Positions 40,083 to 52,364 of a stretch of DNA of 64,000 bases are shown one piece after another. Position 1 is the stretch's first letter. Each line of letters starts with the position of its first letter. The translations under genes and the position numbers were made by a program. The notes under the pieces are model-generated. The model made no database searches. It was given only the letters and a program-made list of their open reading frames with translations, and was not told where the DNA came from. The DNA is from Octopus sinensis (taxonomy: Eukaryota), in the NCBI RefSeq assembly GCF_006345805.1, contig NC_043004.1, forward strand, positions 11,036,001-11,100,000. The letters run 5' to 3'.

Positions 40083-41124
40083 TTTATGAAGTTTACCCCT
40101 CGACTACTGAAAATGTGAAGGATTACATAGTGTCACTTCGCAGTGCCAACGTGAACGACTGCATTCCATTTAAACAACTGTTCTGCATATTATACCATAC
40201 TTGTTGGGCATTCTCCTCCGTTGAAACATTCGCCGGTTGCAGAAAGGTGACTTGAGCGCATCAAACCACTAACCATCTATTCTTCAACCACATCGGCATG
40301 GGATGTTTAAAAAGATATTTGGCTCACATAATTCAATCAAAATCAAATAATTATTTATGTCCTATTTTCAACGCAGACATCGACATTGTAAATATATTTT
40401 CTTTTTCCTTTATAAACTCTTTTCCTTCAGCTCTGTCGTATATTTTTTTGCCTTGTGCTATATATAGCCACATGTCGTTTTGCTTGTAATCTGAGATTAA
40501 ATATACACTTTCAATCGAAATTAGCGGTCAAAATTACATTGACGTTTGAATTACTCTAATGTGCATATTTGTTTGTGATGATATCTCACCATACTGCGAA
40601 AATCGGGGTCATTACCGTAGAGCTTCGTTCCATCAACATACAAACGATCAAGCAGATTCTAATTGACATGACTCAGTTCTCGGGTTATTTGTTAGTAGAC
40701 AGGGCACAAATTTTGGCGCCAACAGCACGCACCTATGTCTTGAACATCATGTGTGATTAGCTTTCATAGACGTCTGCTTCTTCTTCAGGTGGCTGACTAT
40801 AGGATCCTGGAAACATGAGTACGTTAAATAATTAGAAGGAGATTTCACGGAGAAATGCGGTCTGTTTACATTTAAGATGTTTAATACGTCACCAAATTGG
40901 TGGTCGAGACGGAGTAAATAAAATAAAGCCGAATGACGGAATATCATTGGTTAAAATTCTAATTATTAAGCAACGTTAAACTTAGAAGTTACAATTCCGT
41001 TTTCATTCTGGTTTACAATTAAGTTTACTTTTGACACATTCTACCAGTATACGAAGTTTCAAATTGTTTGGTTCAGTAGGAAAAATTTGAAAAAACTGGC
41101 TTCAGAATTGAAAAGATCCCACAC

Positions 41125-41330
41125 GTGTGTATGTGTGTTTGTTTTTGTGTCTATATTTGTCTCACACCACCGCTTGACAACCGGTGTCGGTGTGTTTACG
41201 TCACCGTCACTTAACGGTTCGGTAAAAGCGACCGTTAGAATAAGTACAAGGCTTAACAAGTGAGGTCGACTACAACCCTTCAAAGTGGTGCTCCAGCGTA
41301 GCCGCAGTCAAATGACTGAAACGAGTGAAC
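41125..41330 (+). mobile_element. OK-like SINE tail half, diverged
   Basis: cgcttgacaaccgg...gtggtgctccagcgtagccgcagtcaaatgactgaaac. Confidence 0.75.
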
Positions 41331-41475
41331 GATAGTAGTGAGTTACATTCCGATCTTAACCGAAAAGCTGAGAAGTGAAATCCTACATTAGTGAACTTGT
41401 GGTATGATTACACCGTTAGAAATGATACTGAGTAGCATTATACTACTGTTAATACTACTATTAATAGTAGTTCAT

Positions 41476-42043
41476 AAGGCGGCGAGCTGGCAGATTCGTT
41501 AGCACGCCGGGCGAAAGGCTTGGCGGTATTTTGTCTGCCGTTAGGTTTTGAGTTCGAATTTCGCCGGGGTAGATGTTTGCCTTTCATCCTTTCGGGGTCG
41601 ATTAAATAAGTACCAGTTACGCACTGGGTCGATATAATCGACTTAATCCGTTCGTCTGTCCTCGTTTGTCCTCTCTGTATTTAACCCCTCCTGGGTAGTA
41701 AAGAAATAGGTATTTCGTCTGCCGTTAGGTTCTAAGTTCAAATTCCGCCGAAGTCAACTTTGCCTTTCATCATTTCGGGATCGATTAAACAAGTACCAGT
41801 TACGCACTGGGGTCAATATAATCGACTTAATCCGTTTGTCTGTCCTCGATTGTCTTCCCTGTGTTTAGCCCCTTGTGGGTAATAAAGAAATAGGTATTTC
41901 GTCTGCCGTTAGGTTTTGAGTTCGAATTCCTTTCATCCTTTCGTGGGTTGATAAAATTTGTACCGGTTATGTACTGGGTTTGATGTAATCGACTTAATCC
42001 CTTCCCCCAAAATTTGACGTCTTGTGCTTCCAGTAGAAAGGAT
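41476..42043 (+). mobile_element. Head-to-tail trimer of the aaggcggcgagctggcaga SINE
   Basis: Full unit 41476-41708; units 2 (41709-41892) and 3 (41893-42043) restart at internal ggtatttcgtctgccg. Confidence 0.88.
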
Positions 42044-42154
42044 TTATTGTAGTTCTTAGTATTGTTCGTTCAATTTTTATTGTGGACTACGAAGATGGTA
42101 GGATAGAGTTAAACGTTTAGCCACTTTATTAACACGACATAGGATTTCGATGTA

Positions 42155-42640
42155 GAGTAATCCCTCGACTATTGCGGGTGTTACGTGCTACAAAAACCCG
42201 CGATAGGTGAAAATCCGCGAAGTAGAAACAGTACTGTATATTTTTAAAATTATTTTTATAATTTGTATATATGTATTCTAATATAAATAAAATACAAAAC
42301 AACATCACACACTCGTCTCCCGAGTTTCGTTTTCCATACGATTCTTTGCTTATTCATCTACAGAACACTACGTATTTTCTTCTAATATATTTTAATTAAT
42401 GTGGTATACAGTGCAGTTCTGTACTGAATTTTTATTTATCAATTTATTAATTTTTAAGCGTGAAAATGCTTATTTTACCACTGAACTAATTAAAATCTAA
42501 TAACATATAAATACCTACCTGCCGCAGAAACCCGCGATACATTGAGGAGTCCACGATATAAATTTACATATATCAACCAAAAAAATCCGCGATGTACTGA
42601 GGGTACGATAGATTAACCGCGATATGATGAGTGATTACTG
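42155..42640. mobile_element. Tigger-like MITE
   Basis: Ends (c>g)AGTAATCCCTCG and GAGTGATTACTG are near-inverted; TA on the left; internal repeated ccgcgat/ccgcgaa motifs typical of Tigger ends. Confidence 0.65.
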
Positions 42641-43365
42641 ATTTCAGCAGAGTCCACTATGCTGCAAGTACCTGAGCAATACAGTAGCATCCGGCTTCAT
42701 GATAATTTTGCCCCACCCCACGCTTACCAGTTGTCTCAGTAATGGCGTTATGCGATATGAGCTCTGCGCCTCTTACTAACTAAACGAAGAAAATATGGTA
42801 TATTTTTTTAAATAGAGTTTTAGTTCCGATTTATTCATCTTACGAATGAATGGTAGCGGAAAGCAAGCAGGCAATTACTTCGCTTTATGAATTGGTAAAT
42901 TTTTAATTTCTAATGGGAATTATTATTTATTTTAGTTTATCAATTAACCCTTTCATATCTCAATTATTTGTTTATGCGTGAATAAATGATTTTATGATTT
43001 AGAATATCAAGCAGGGAATTAATAATAGCAGCATAATATATCACGTGCAAAAGTACACATGTTACACTAAAGACTTTGAAAATATTGCCATTTTGAGGCC
43101 ATTAATTTGTATAATATTTAGAGTGATATATGAAACTTAGGAGTGAGATTTGATTATTGATCATTTAATAAAGTCAAAAGGAAATATTTTTTTAGGAATT
43201 CTAACAGCTTATGTCGATCTAGTTGAATGGCATTTAATCATATCACGTACAGTTATAGGGTATACTGTCATTTGAAATTGAGGTGAAGTAATTTCGTATA
43301 TACGTATATGAACACATATGCACACAAACATACACATTTGCATATGTAGATACACACATATATAT

Positions 43366-43400
<35 letters not shown>

Positions 43401-44164
43401 GAGAGAGAGAGAGGATGAGAGAGGGAGAGAGGGAGGGAAAGAGAGATTGACAGGGAAAATAGATATTTATTTACGTAAGATTATATATCTGTATGTCTAT
43501 GTGTTTGCGTTTGCGCTTCTGTGGAGGCAAACACATGCATAATTATATTCGTATGCATACAGCTATAAAATATTCATAACAAAATACATTTAAGGAAGCT
43601 CCGTGGAGAATGATAAAGAAGCGTACGCGAAATGAGCACGAGAAACCGAAAGCCAGACAGACAGACAGATAGAAAGACTGGGAGAGAAGCTGAGTATAAG
43701 TGAGTGAGTGAGAGGAACTTAAACAGCGAGAGACAAAAAAAGTGTAAGAAGATATTAGAGAGTGTGAGCACGTATTGCACACAGTGATTACATATTTCAA
43801 CGTAATTTCATAAAAGCAAATCAACGACAGAGCTTAGGGAACGAAGGAAGAATATAGACCATTGCTTGCAAACATTGTTATCGTATGTCGTTTGAGGAGA
43901 GAAATACTTGTCTCTGTTGACGTTTCTTGTTTACTGTTTGCTGAAACTAATCTAACAATGTTTTAAGTTGTGACTAGAAATAATATGACAAAACGTTTGA
44001 CATTGAACCGAAAGTTTTCATCGTGTTCCATTCGTTTACTTCTCAACTTCATTGCTCTAATTTCATATTGGATACATGTTCTGTGAGACGTACGCGTTGA
44101 AATGAATTTTCTCAAATGCATAACCGCAAGCCTACGGTGGTGAAGCACACATTCATAGTGTATA

Positions 44165-44549
44165 TACTCTTTCTTTACTGGTTTCAGTCATTTGACTGCG
44201 GCCATGCTGGAGCACCACCTTTAGTCGAGCAAATCGACCCCGGGACTTATTCTTTGTAAGCCCAGTACTTATTCTATCGGTCTCTTTTGCCGAACCGCTA
44301 GGTGACGGCCACGTAAACACAGCAGCATCGGTTGTCAAGCAATGCTAGGGGGACAAACACAAACACACACACACACACATATATACGACAGGCTTCTTTC
44401 AGTTTCCGTCTACCAAATCCACTCACAAGGCATTGGTCGGCCCGGGGCTATAGCAGAAGACACTTGCCCAAGATGCCACGCAGTGGGACTGAACCCGGAA
44501 CCATGTGGTTGGTTAGCAAGCTACTTACCACACAGCCACTCCTGCGCCT
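44165..44549 (-). mobile_element. OK-like SINE, full length, young subfamily
   Basis: Shares diagnostic cccagtactt, gcaatgctagggg, acgacaggc, cccgggg, agatgccacg with the 15208 and 48396 copies. Confidence 0.92.
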
Positions 44550-44557
44550 ATGTCTGC

Positions 44558-44595
<38 letters not shown>

Positions 44596-44884
44596 TTGTG
44601 TATAAATATGTATGTGTAAGTGTGTATGTATATACATATACATATTCAGATACACACACACATATATATATGAATTGATTAAGTAACCAGAAGAGTTTAC
44701 TTAATCAATTATTATTATATCAACTAGCGCTGCGGAATTCTTGAAGTATATCCAACAGAAGTATACCCCAACTTCGGATGACACCAGGTAGCCAAAACCG
44801 TGCCAGTGTTCTACTCAACATTTCAACAAACTAATCAACATATACCCATTAATCAAAAATATTATATGTATATATGTATGTATG

Positions 44885-45220
<336 letters not shown>

Positions 45221-45309
45221 TATGTCTGCCTGTATATATATAATATAAATAATATATAAATATATGCATATATACATACATATATGTACATACCTACATC
45301 TATATGTAT

Positions 45310-45555
45310 ATATACATGCATATATGGGTACAGGACATCAAAAAAACGTTGAATACAATGAGAAACGAAAACAAATGCGGAGTAGACGAAAGAGGGACAA
45401 CTGAAGAAGGGGAATATTCCTTGTGTTGTATGTCTTGTACTCTGTTTTTTCGTTGTTTGAAAAAAAGTTCGTTTCCATGTCTTTGTTTTTATGTTTTCGT
45501 TTCTCATTGTGTTCAACGGTTTTTGATGTCCTTCACCCATATATGCACATATATA
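45310..45555. mobile_element. Short element with ~60-bp inverted ends
   Basis: ggacatcaaaaaaacgttgaatacaatgagaaacgaaaac (45333-45372) mirrored at 45493-45531; weaker symmetry extends about 20 bp further out; related sequence at about 39640-39820. Confidence 0.7.
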
Positions 45556-45621
45556 TACATTTATGTATTATTTATAATATTATATGATCGAACGCCACGC
45601 ATCCTTTTCCAAGTAGTTTTA

Positions 45622-45666
<45 letters not shown>

Positions 45667-45771
45667 TTTATTTAAAGCAGCAGATATCAAGTTTGAAGTG
45701 AACTGCATTCGATGCTACAGTTTTATTGGCGATAACTGATGAAAACTGCGACATTACAGATACGAGCATGC

Positions 45772-45926
45772 TTTATTTAAAGCAGCAGAAAATTCAACAA
45801 AACCTGTTACTCTGAGTTCCCGTTGCCGTTCATCGGACAGTTTTTTCTAGCAAAAACTGTCCGATGAACGGCAACGGGAAACTCAGAGTAACAGGTTTTG
45901 TTGAATTTTCTGCTGCTTTAAATAAA
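45772..45926. repeat. 155-bp near-perfect fold-back of a PLE terminal sequence
   Basis: Arms of about 74 bp differing by one T indel, around a loop of about 6 nt (tctagc). Confidence 0.95.
45857..45894 (+). ncRNA. Minimal hammerhead motif (core CCGAUGA)
   Basis: CUGU-CCGAUGA-ACG(GCAA)CGG-GAA-ACUC(A)GAGU-A-ACAG: 4-bp stem I, GNRA-capped stem II with an A.G first pair, quasi-palindromic stem III, GUA triplet. Confidence 0.6.
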
Positions 45927-46439
45927 AAGAAATTTTAAAATGTGACTATTTTCACATCGTACTAGTTCAGTTTTGTTGGCAACGAATTAAATATGTAATT
46001 AAGTGTTATACCATTAATTTATTTACAAACAATTTGCTAATTACATAATTAATTGATATCAAGTTTGAAGTGAAATGCATTCGATGCTACAGTTTTATTG
46101 GCGATAACTGATGAAAACTGCGACATTACAGATACGAGCATGCTTGCGGGTGTGTATGTGTGAATGTGTATGTGTATGCGTGTGCATTCGTGTGTGTGTG
46201 TGTGTATGTGTGTGTGCGTGCGTGTGTGTGTCTATCAATGAGTATGTATACAAGTTACTGCTAAGGATCGTAGCAATGAAGTGAACACCTGAATATAAAT
46301 TGCCTTATTGGTTAGTCCGTTACACTGAACGTCACACGGTACAAAATCCACCGCCTCCAACTTTTTTTGGCTTGTAAGCTCCCATAGACATTCAGAATTA
46401 GACGTGGCATGATTCAGGCCTTAATTAATATATATATAC

Positions 46440-46600
46440 GGGAGTAAACACATAAATGTGAAACAAGGTGGAAAAAAGAGTACTCAAATACCAGTGGTAG
46501 AGTATATGCTTTATTTAAAGCAGCAGAAGATTCAACAAAACCTGTTACTCTGAGTTTCCCGTTGCCGTTCATCGGACAGTTTTTTCTAGCAAAAACTGTA
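46440..46600 (-). mobile_element. PLE terminal-repeat remnant with hammerhead motif at 46542-46579
   Basis: Same sequence as one arm of the 45772-45926 fold-back plus additional flank. Confidence 0.65.
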
Positions 46601-46699
46601 CCTTCGAGACAGTACTTCTTGATACACAAAACATTTCGTCTGTTTTCGTTACGCACCAACAATGTGACCTCTTTGAAAGTCCGATAGATCTGTCATTTT

Positions 46700-46870
46700 A
46701 ATTAATTTCAATTACCTTTTTTCTGATGATATCAATTTTAGCAAAGCATATTAAGCAACACTAATAATAAATAAAAAAACAAAAAATAAATAAGCTTTTG
46801 ACGATTTATAGATATCTCAAAATTATGATGCTATGATGCAAGGTGTTTCCATTATTTTGTTCAACCCCTG
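46700..46870. mobile_element. Solo end of a Tc1-like element
   Basis: Ends aggtgtttccattattttgttcaacccctg|TA, the reverse complement of a CAGGGG...AAAATAATGGAAACACC Tc1-type TIR; partner end not seen. Confidence 0.55.
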
Positions 46871-46939
46871 TATATGTACCTATCTATATATATATATCCA
46901 TCCGTCAATCTATCTATCTATCTATCCATCTATCTAACT

Positions 46940-46985
<46 letters not shown>

Positions 46986-47000
46986 ATATATATATATATA

Positions 47001-48299
47001 CAGGGTACAGTGAATTAATTGTCCTCTAAAGTACGCAAAAATGAAGAGAACACTGACATTTCATATTAACAGATATACTTACCAAAATTACATAAAAATA
47101 CCTTGAAATACTATAGAGTAAATATATTCATAGAAATCGCCATTGGTTTCAACCACGGACTCCTGACGACTTTGGAATATCCTGCAACTCCTCTGCACGG
47201 TCTTCTTGTTTAATTTGGTGAGTGCTGCCACAATCTTTACCTTCAGTTCATCTTGGTGTTACAAGGAGTTTTCTTCGTCTCTCACATAACTGCATCCCAC
47301 ACATAGTAATCAAGGGGGTTGCAGTGTGGGAAAATACGTGGACAGATGTTAGAGGTGATGTGGTCGCAGAAATTTTCTGACAGCTATGACTGGGTTCTCC
47401 CGCTTGTGTGGCATGGTGCAAAGTCCTGATGCCAGACATAGGGTTTTTTCAGTAGCCACCGTCTTGATCCAGCGAAGCACTACCTCATCCAGGCACTTGA
47501 TGTAGGGTTTTGTAATGAGTCTGAGGCCGAGTGGGAAGACGAAGGAAGCATAACCCCAGTATCAGTAGTGATCACTCAAAACACCATGATATTGACTGGA
47601 TGTCTGATTTTTATCACTCTCGGTACATGTTTTGGGGACACGGCAAGCCAACGGTTGTTCTGTGTGTTCACCATTTTATCCTGAAAGAAGATTTTTCGCC
47701 TTGAGAAAAACCAAAATATATTCAGTTGGTGGGGATGTTTGAGTTTCTTCAAAAGCTTCGGAGCGCAGTCTTTCTTCTTCTCATTGATAGCTTGAGATAA
47801 AAGTTGGCCTTTTCTAATTTTGTATGAGGAATACCAATTGTCTTCATGCTCTACCTGCCTGACAAGAAAGTCAAACTCTCCCATGTTCCTGGCTATGGAC
47901 CTGATTAACTTGGCGGGATCATTGTCAATCATGGCCTGGATCGCACCAACAAATTCAGGAGTTCTTTTCTTATCAGAATGATCAGAGTGAACTTTCCGAG
48001 CTGCTGTACCTTCGTAATTACCATTAGACTCATCCAACTCTTTTCGAATCCTCTGCACTGTCCTTACATTCACACTCAAAAACTCTAAAATGATTGTATT
48101 GGACCTTCCCTTGCGAATTCCAAGCAATAAAAGATGTTTCCAAATTTCTGGCAGAATGAAATGCGTCACGGTGCTGATTTTTCACAGATGGTGCCCAATG
48201 GCCTCCTCTATACAATGTAGTCAACAAAATCAAAAACAGACGATGTGCGGGTGCGAAATTTAAAATATAGAAAGGTGGCAATTCACCCATCACACCATG
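47001..48299 (-). mobile_element. Tc1/mariner DD37D (maT-type) transposon, near full length, inactive
   Basis: 197-aa ORF 47576-48169 (HTH region, WFFS...QDKMVNTQNNRWLA, HPVNIMVF) continuing out of frame with YVWHQDFAPCHTS and CNPLDYYVWDAV; degenerate TIRs in (TA)n. Confidence 0.9.
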
Positions 48300-48395
48300 T
48301 GTATATATATATATATATAGAGAGAGAGAGATAGAGAGAGAGAGAGAAATGTAAGGGTATGTATATATATATGCATATATATATATATATATATA

Positions 48396-48802
48396 TACTC
48401 TTTTTTTTTACTCTTTCACTTGTTTCAGTCATTTGACTGCGGCCATGCTGGAGCACCGCCTTTAGTCGAGCAAATCGACCCCGGGACTTATTCTTTGTAA
48501 GCCCAGTACTTATTCTATCGGTCTCTTTTGCCGAACCGCTAAGTGACGGGGACGTAAATACACCAGCATCGGTTGTCAAGCAACGCTAGGGGGACAAACA
48601 CAGGCATACACACATATACATACATATATATATATATACGACAGGCTTCTTTCAGTTTCCGTCTACCAAATCCACTCACAAGGGATTGGTCGGCCCGGGG
48701 CTATAGCAGAAGACACTTGCCCAAGATGCCACGCAGTGGGACTGAACCCGGAACCATGTGGTTGGTTAGCAAGCTACTTACCACACAGCCACTCCTGCGC
48801 CT
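48396..48802 (-). mobile_element. OK-like SINE, full length, young subfamily
   Basis: Nearly identical to 44165-44549. Confidence 0.92.
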
Positions 48803-48841
<39 letters not shown>

Positions 48842-49749
48842 TATATATTATTTACAAGTATAAATGTATTTATGAGTGTATATATCTATATACTTATACT
48901 GAAATAACATGCTACATCAAGAATAGCATTAATGATGCATCCAAGTGCACCCACATGATGCAACTTGAAACCTGAATACAAAACATTTCTTCCATTTCCA
49001 TTGAAGTTATCTTTTTAAATCGTTACGTTATGCTTAATTCCGTCAATATTTAATGACATTCCTTTCCCCATTATTGGAATATAATGATAATTGTGAAATA
49101 TGGTTGGCGCTTTTCTCATTAAGCATAAACTGATCATGGGAATAATATCATAAGTGATAAAATCGCCAACGATATGTTGTAACGTTCTGCATGCCCTGGC
49201 TCACATATTATGTTTCAAGATTAAACATGATTCGATGCTGGTATTTAGAATGCATAACAATTGGTTTAGTCTCCATTCTCTCACTTTATTTAGTTGAATT
49301 CAATATAAAATGGAAGTGCTATGTACTCATGTTTATGGAGCAAGAACAGTTTCTTTTGCCCGGACAGATCTTGCACTAAGGGATCCCTGTGTGAATGTGC
49401 GACGCTAAGATTTGCACGCACTACAATACATGAATATTAACATGTATTAAGATTATATGATTCAACATTCGTTAAATATGCACTTATATCTTTACTTACT
49501 GTATCCGAAAGTTCACGTATATAGAGGTGCATTCACAATTCACAAGGTGGGATAGTCATTGGGCATCAGTATTACGCAAGATTTCTGATATACTTTTATT
49601 ACTATACGTTCCATGGATAAAAAAAAACGCAGATGAATGACACTTGGACGATTCTATCAACACACAACTATACATATATGTGTGTATGTGTGTAGGCGTA
49701 CGTGTGCATGTATATGTGATAATAGGCATGTATAGATATATGTATACAT

Positions 49750-50301
49750 GGTGGCTACCCCTCGTTATCGAGTATGGCCATTGCACGAAGCTTAATCGAT
49801 GTTGTTATCGTGCAATGCCTGTGCAAGAAGATTTTTTTTAAAAGTGAGGAAAGGCTGTGCACTGAGTCAATCCCACTCACTAAGCAACAGCAGCCATAAT
49901 CCGAAAAGAAGAACAATTCAACATCATCGGTAACCACTGAGCCGCAGGTTTTATGTCGGAGTTATCCCAGTTACCTGAGTTACCTTCTCCTAGAAGGATG
50001 CTCTAACAAAGGCTAGGAGTCCTTCACTCCCAATGGTTTAACCGCGCTATCGGATATTCAGTCCGATTATTTCTATGTCCCCGCGCATGATACAGCCTTA
50101 AGACTTTTATTGGATGGTCGTTGACTCTCAAGAGTTCCTCCGCCCTTTGACGGGTTTCGTCTTTCATCCCGCAGGGTGTCCAATAAACACCCTTCTCACC
50201 AAGCAAGATTGGTGGGGTTGCCGGTTTAGTCGCCGACGACCCGACCATGCAACAGGTTATACTGGGTTACATGTTACCGGTACACTCAAAAGTGACCTGA
50301 C
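49750..50301 (-). mobile_element. Non-coding retroposon with an RTE-like 5' region and RTE-shared 3' tail
   Basis: 3' 44 nt match the tail at 27788-27832; internal ctaggagaaggtaactc motif recalls RTE 5' UTRs; flanked by ATATGT[A/G]TACAT (49738-49749, 50302-50313). Confidence 0.65.
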
Positions 50302-50339
50302 ATATGTGTACATACATATATATATATATATACATACAT

Positions 50340-50820
50340 TTTGTGGGAAGTGGCCAGTCAATTAGATCGTCCCCAGTGCGTAACTTAATTTATATGTTTC
50401 TTTATTACCCCCAAGGGGCTAAACATAGAGGAGACAAACAAGGACAGACAAACGGATTAAGTCGATTACATCGACCCCAGTGCGTAACTGGTGTTTAATT
50501 TAACGACCCCCAAAGTATGAAAGGTAAAGTCGACCTCGGCGGAATTTGAACTCAGAACGTAACGGCAGACGAAATACGGCTACGCATGTCGCCCGGGGTG
50601 CTAACGGTTCTGCCAGCTCGACACCCTAATGTCAATGTATATTCTTTTCTACTCTAAGCACAAGGCCCGAAATTTGGGGGGAGGAAGCCATTTAATTACA
50701 TCGTCCTCAGTATGCAACTGGTACTTAATTTATCGACCCGGAAATGATGAAAGGAAAAGTCGAGTTCGGCGGAATTTGAACTCGCCCGGCGTGATAACGT
50801 TTTTGCCAGCTCGTTGCCTT
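50340..50820 (-). mobile_element. Two tandem aaggcggcgagctggcaga-family SINE copies plus a partial unit
   Basis: Heads at about 50628 and 50820; shared aaagtcgacctcggcggaatttgaactc domain. Confidence 0.8.
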
Positions 50821-51329
50821 AACGTCAATGTATATTTTGAGAAGAATATAGTATAAGTCTCAAAGAAATAACATGTATCGTTTTCAATTCGTAGTCCAAG
50901 AAGAAATCAATGGCTATCAGTGATTTCGTTAGGTCTGGTTACAGCTCCTTGTCCGAAAGTCGGTGAGAAAATGACACAGCCTAGTGTGCAAAATGAAATG
51001 GCAACCGTGTGAGTCTTTTGAGCACTGCACAATGTATTTCAAGTATGGTTTGGTACATAACTACATGAGATCCCTTTTGTTTGTAGATTTTTATGAATTT
51101 GTACTTTTCCATAGATGAAGGCAGAAGTTTTCTCAGTAAATTGCCCGAAGAAAGTTTTTAAACTTAACATATTGACCTGTATTATTCATTTGTTTATCAC
51201 ATGCATTGTGATAGACAAATATAATCAAAATATTTACATATAAATATCAGAAAAGTCTTCATGCAAACTATACATACATAAATGAATATTGATATATATG
51301 TTATATATATATGTGTGTGCGTGTATGTC

Positions 51330-51360
<31 letters not shown>

Positions 51361-51549
51361 TATTATATATTATATATAATAATATATATATACATATATA
51401 TATATGTATTGGCTTATGTTTTTTCACTTTTGATTTGCCTAGTAGTGGTTTTATCTCTAATTTAATATAATATAATACAATATATTTATACTATAAAATT
51501 GGATTTAATCCTAAATCTAATTTTTCCCTGTAAGTTTGGATTTATTCCC

Positions 51550-51601
<52 letters not shown>

Positions 51602-51924
51602 ATGTATGTATTCATGTATGTATGTATGTATGTATGTATGTATGTATATATTCTTATCGTCTATATATATATATTAAACAACGGTTTACCACTAAAATCA
51701 CCAGCTGCTGTATACCTTATAGCAAGGACCATACTTACTCAGGTAATTACCAGGAGTGCTGCTCGATACTTCTATTCCTTAGAGGGCTTAATACCTCTAA
51801 CTTTATACACACACACATGCACACACACACACACATACACGCACACACACACACACATATTTACATATCTATATATCTGTCTAATTATCTATCTATCTAT
51901 ATATATATATATATATAAATATAC

Positions 51925-52179
51925 ACTTTTTACTCTTTTTACTCTTTTACTTGTTTCAATCATTTGACGGTCATGCTGGAGCACCGCCGTTTGTCGAGCA
52001 AATGGACCCGGGGCATTCTTTTGTAAGCCTTGAACTTATTCTATCGGTCTCTTTTTCCGAACCGCTAAGTGACGGGGACGTAAACACACCAGCATCTGTT
52101 GTAAAGCGATATTGTGGGAACAAACGCAGACACACAAACGTATACACACAGACACAGACACACACACACACACACACAT

Positions 52180-52222
<43 letters not shown>

Positions 52223-52364
52223 CATATACACGATGGGCTTCTTTCAGTTTCCGTCTACCAAATCCACTCACAAGGCTTTGGTCGTGCCCAAGGTGCCACG
52301 CAGTGGGATTGAACCTGGAACCATGTGGTTGGTAAGCAAGCTACTTATCACACAGCCACTCCTG
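51925..52364 (-). mobile_element. OK-like SINE with a small internal deletion
   Basis: Tail, internal (CA)n(TA)n and head to cacagccactcctg. Confidence 0.88.
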
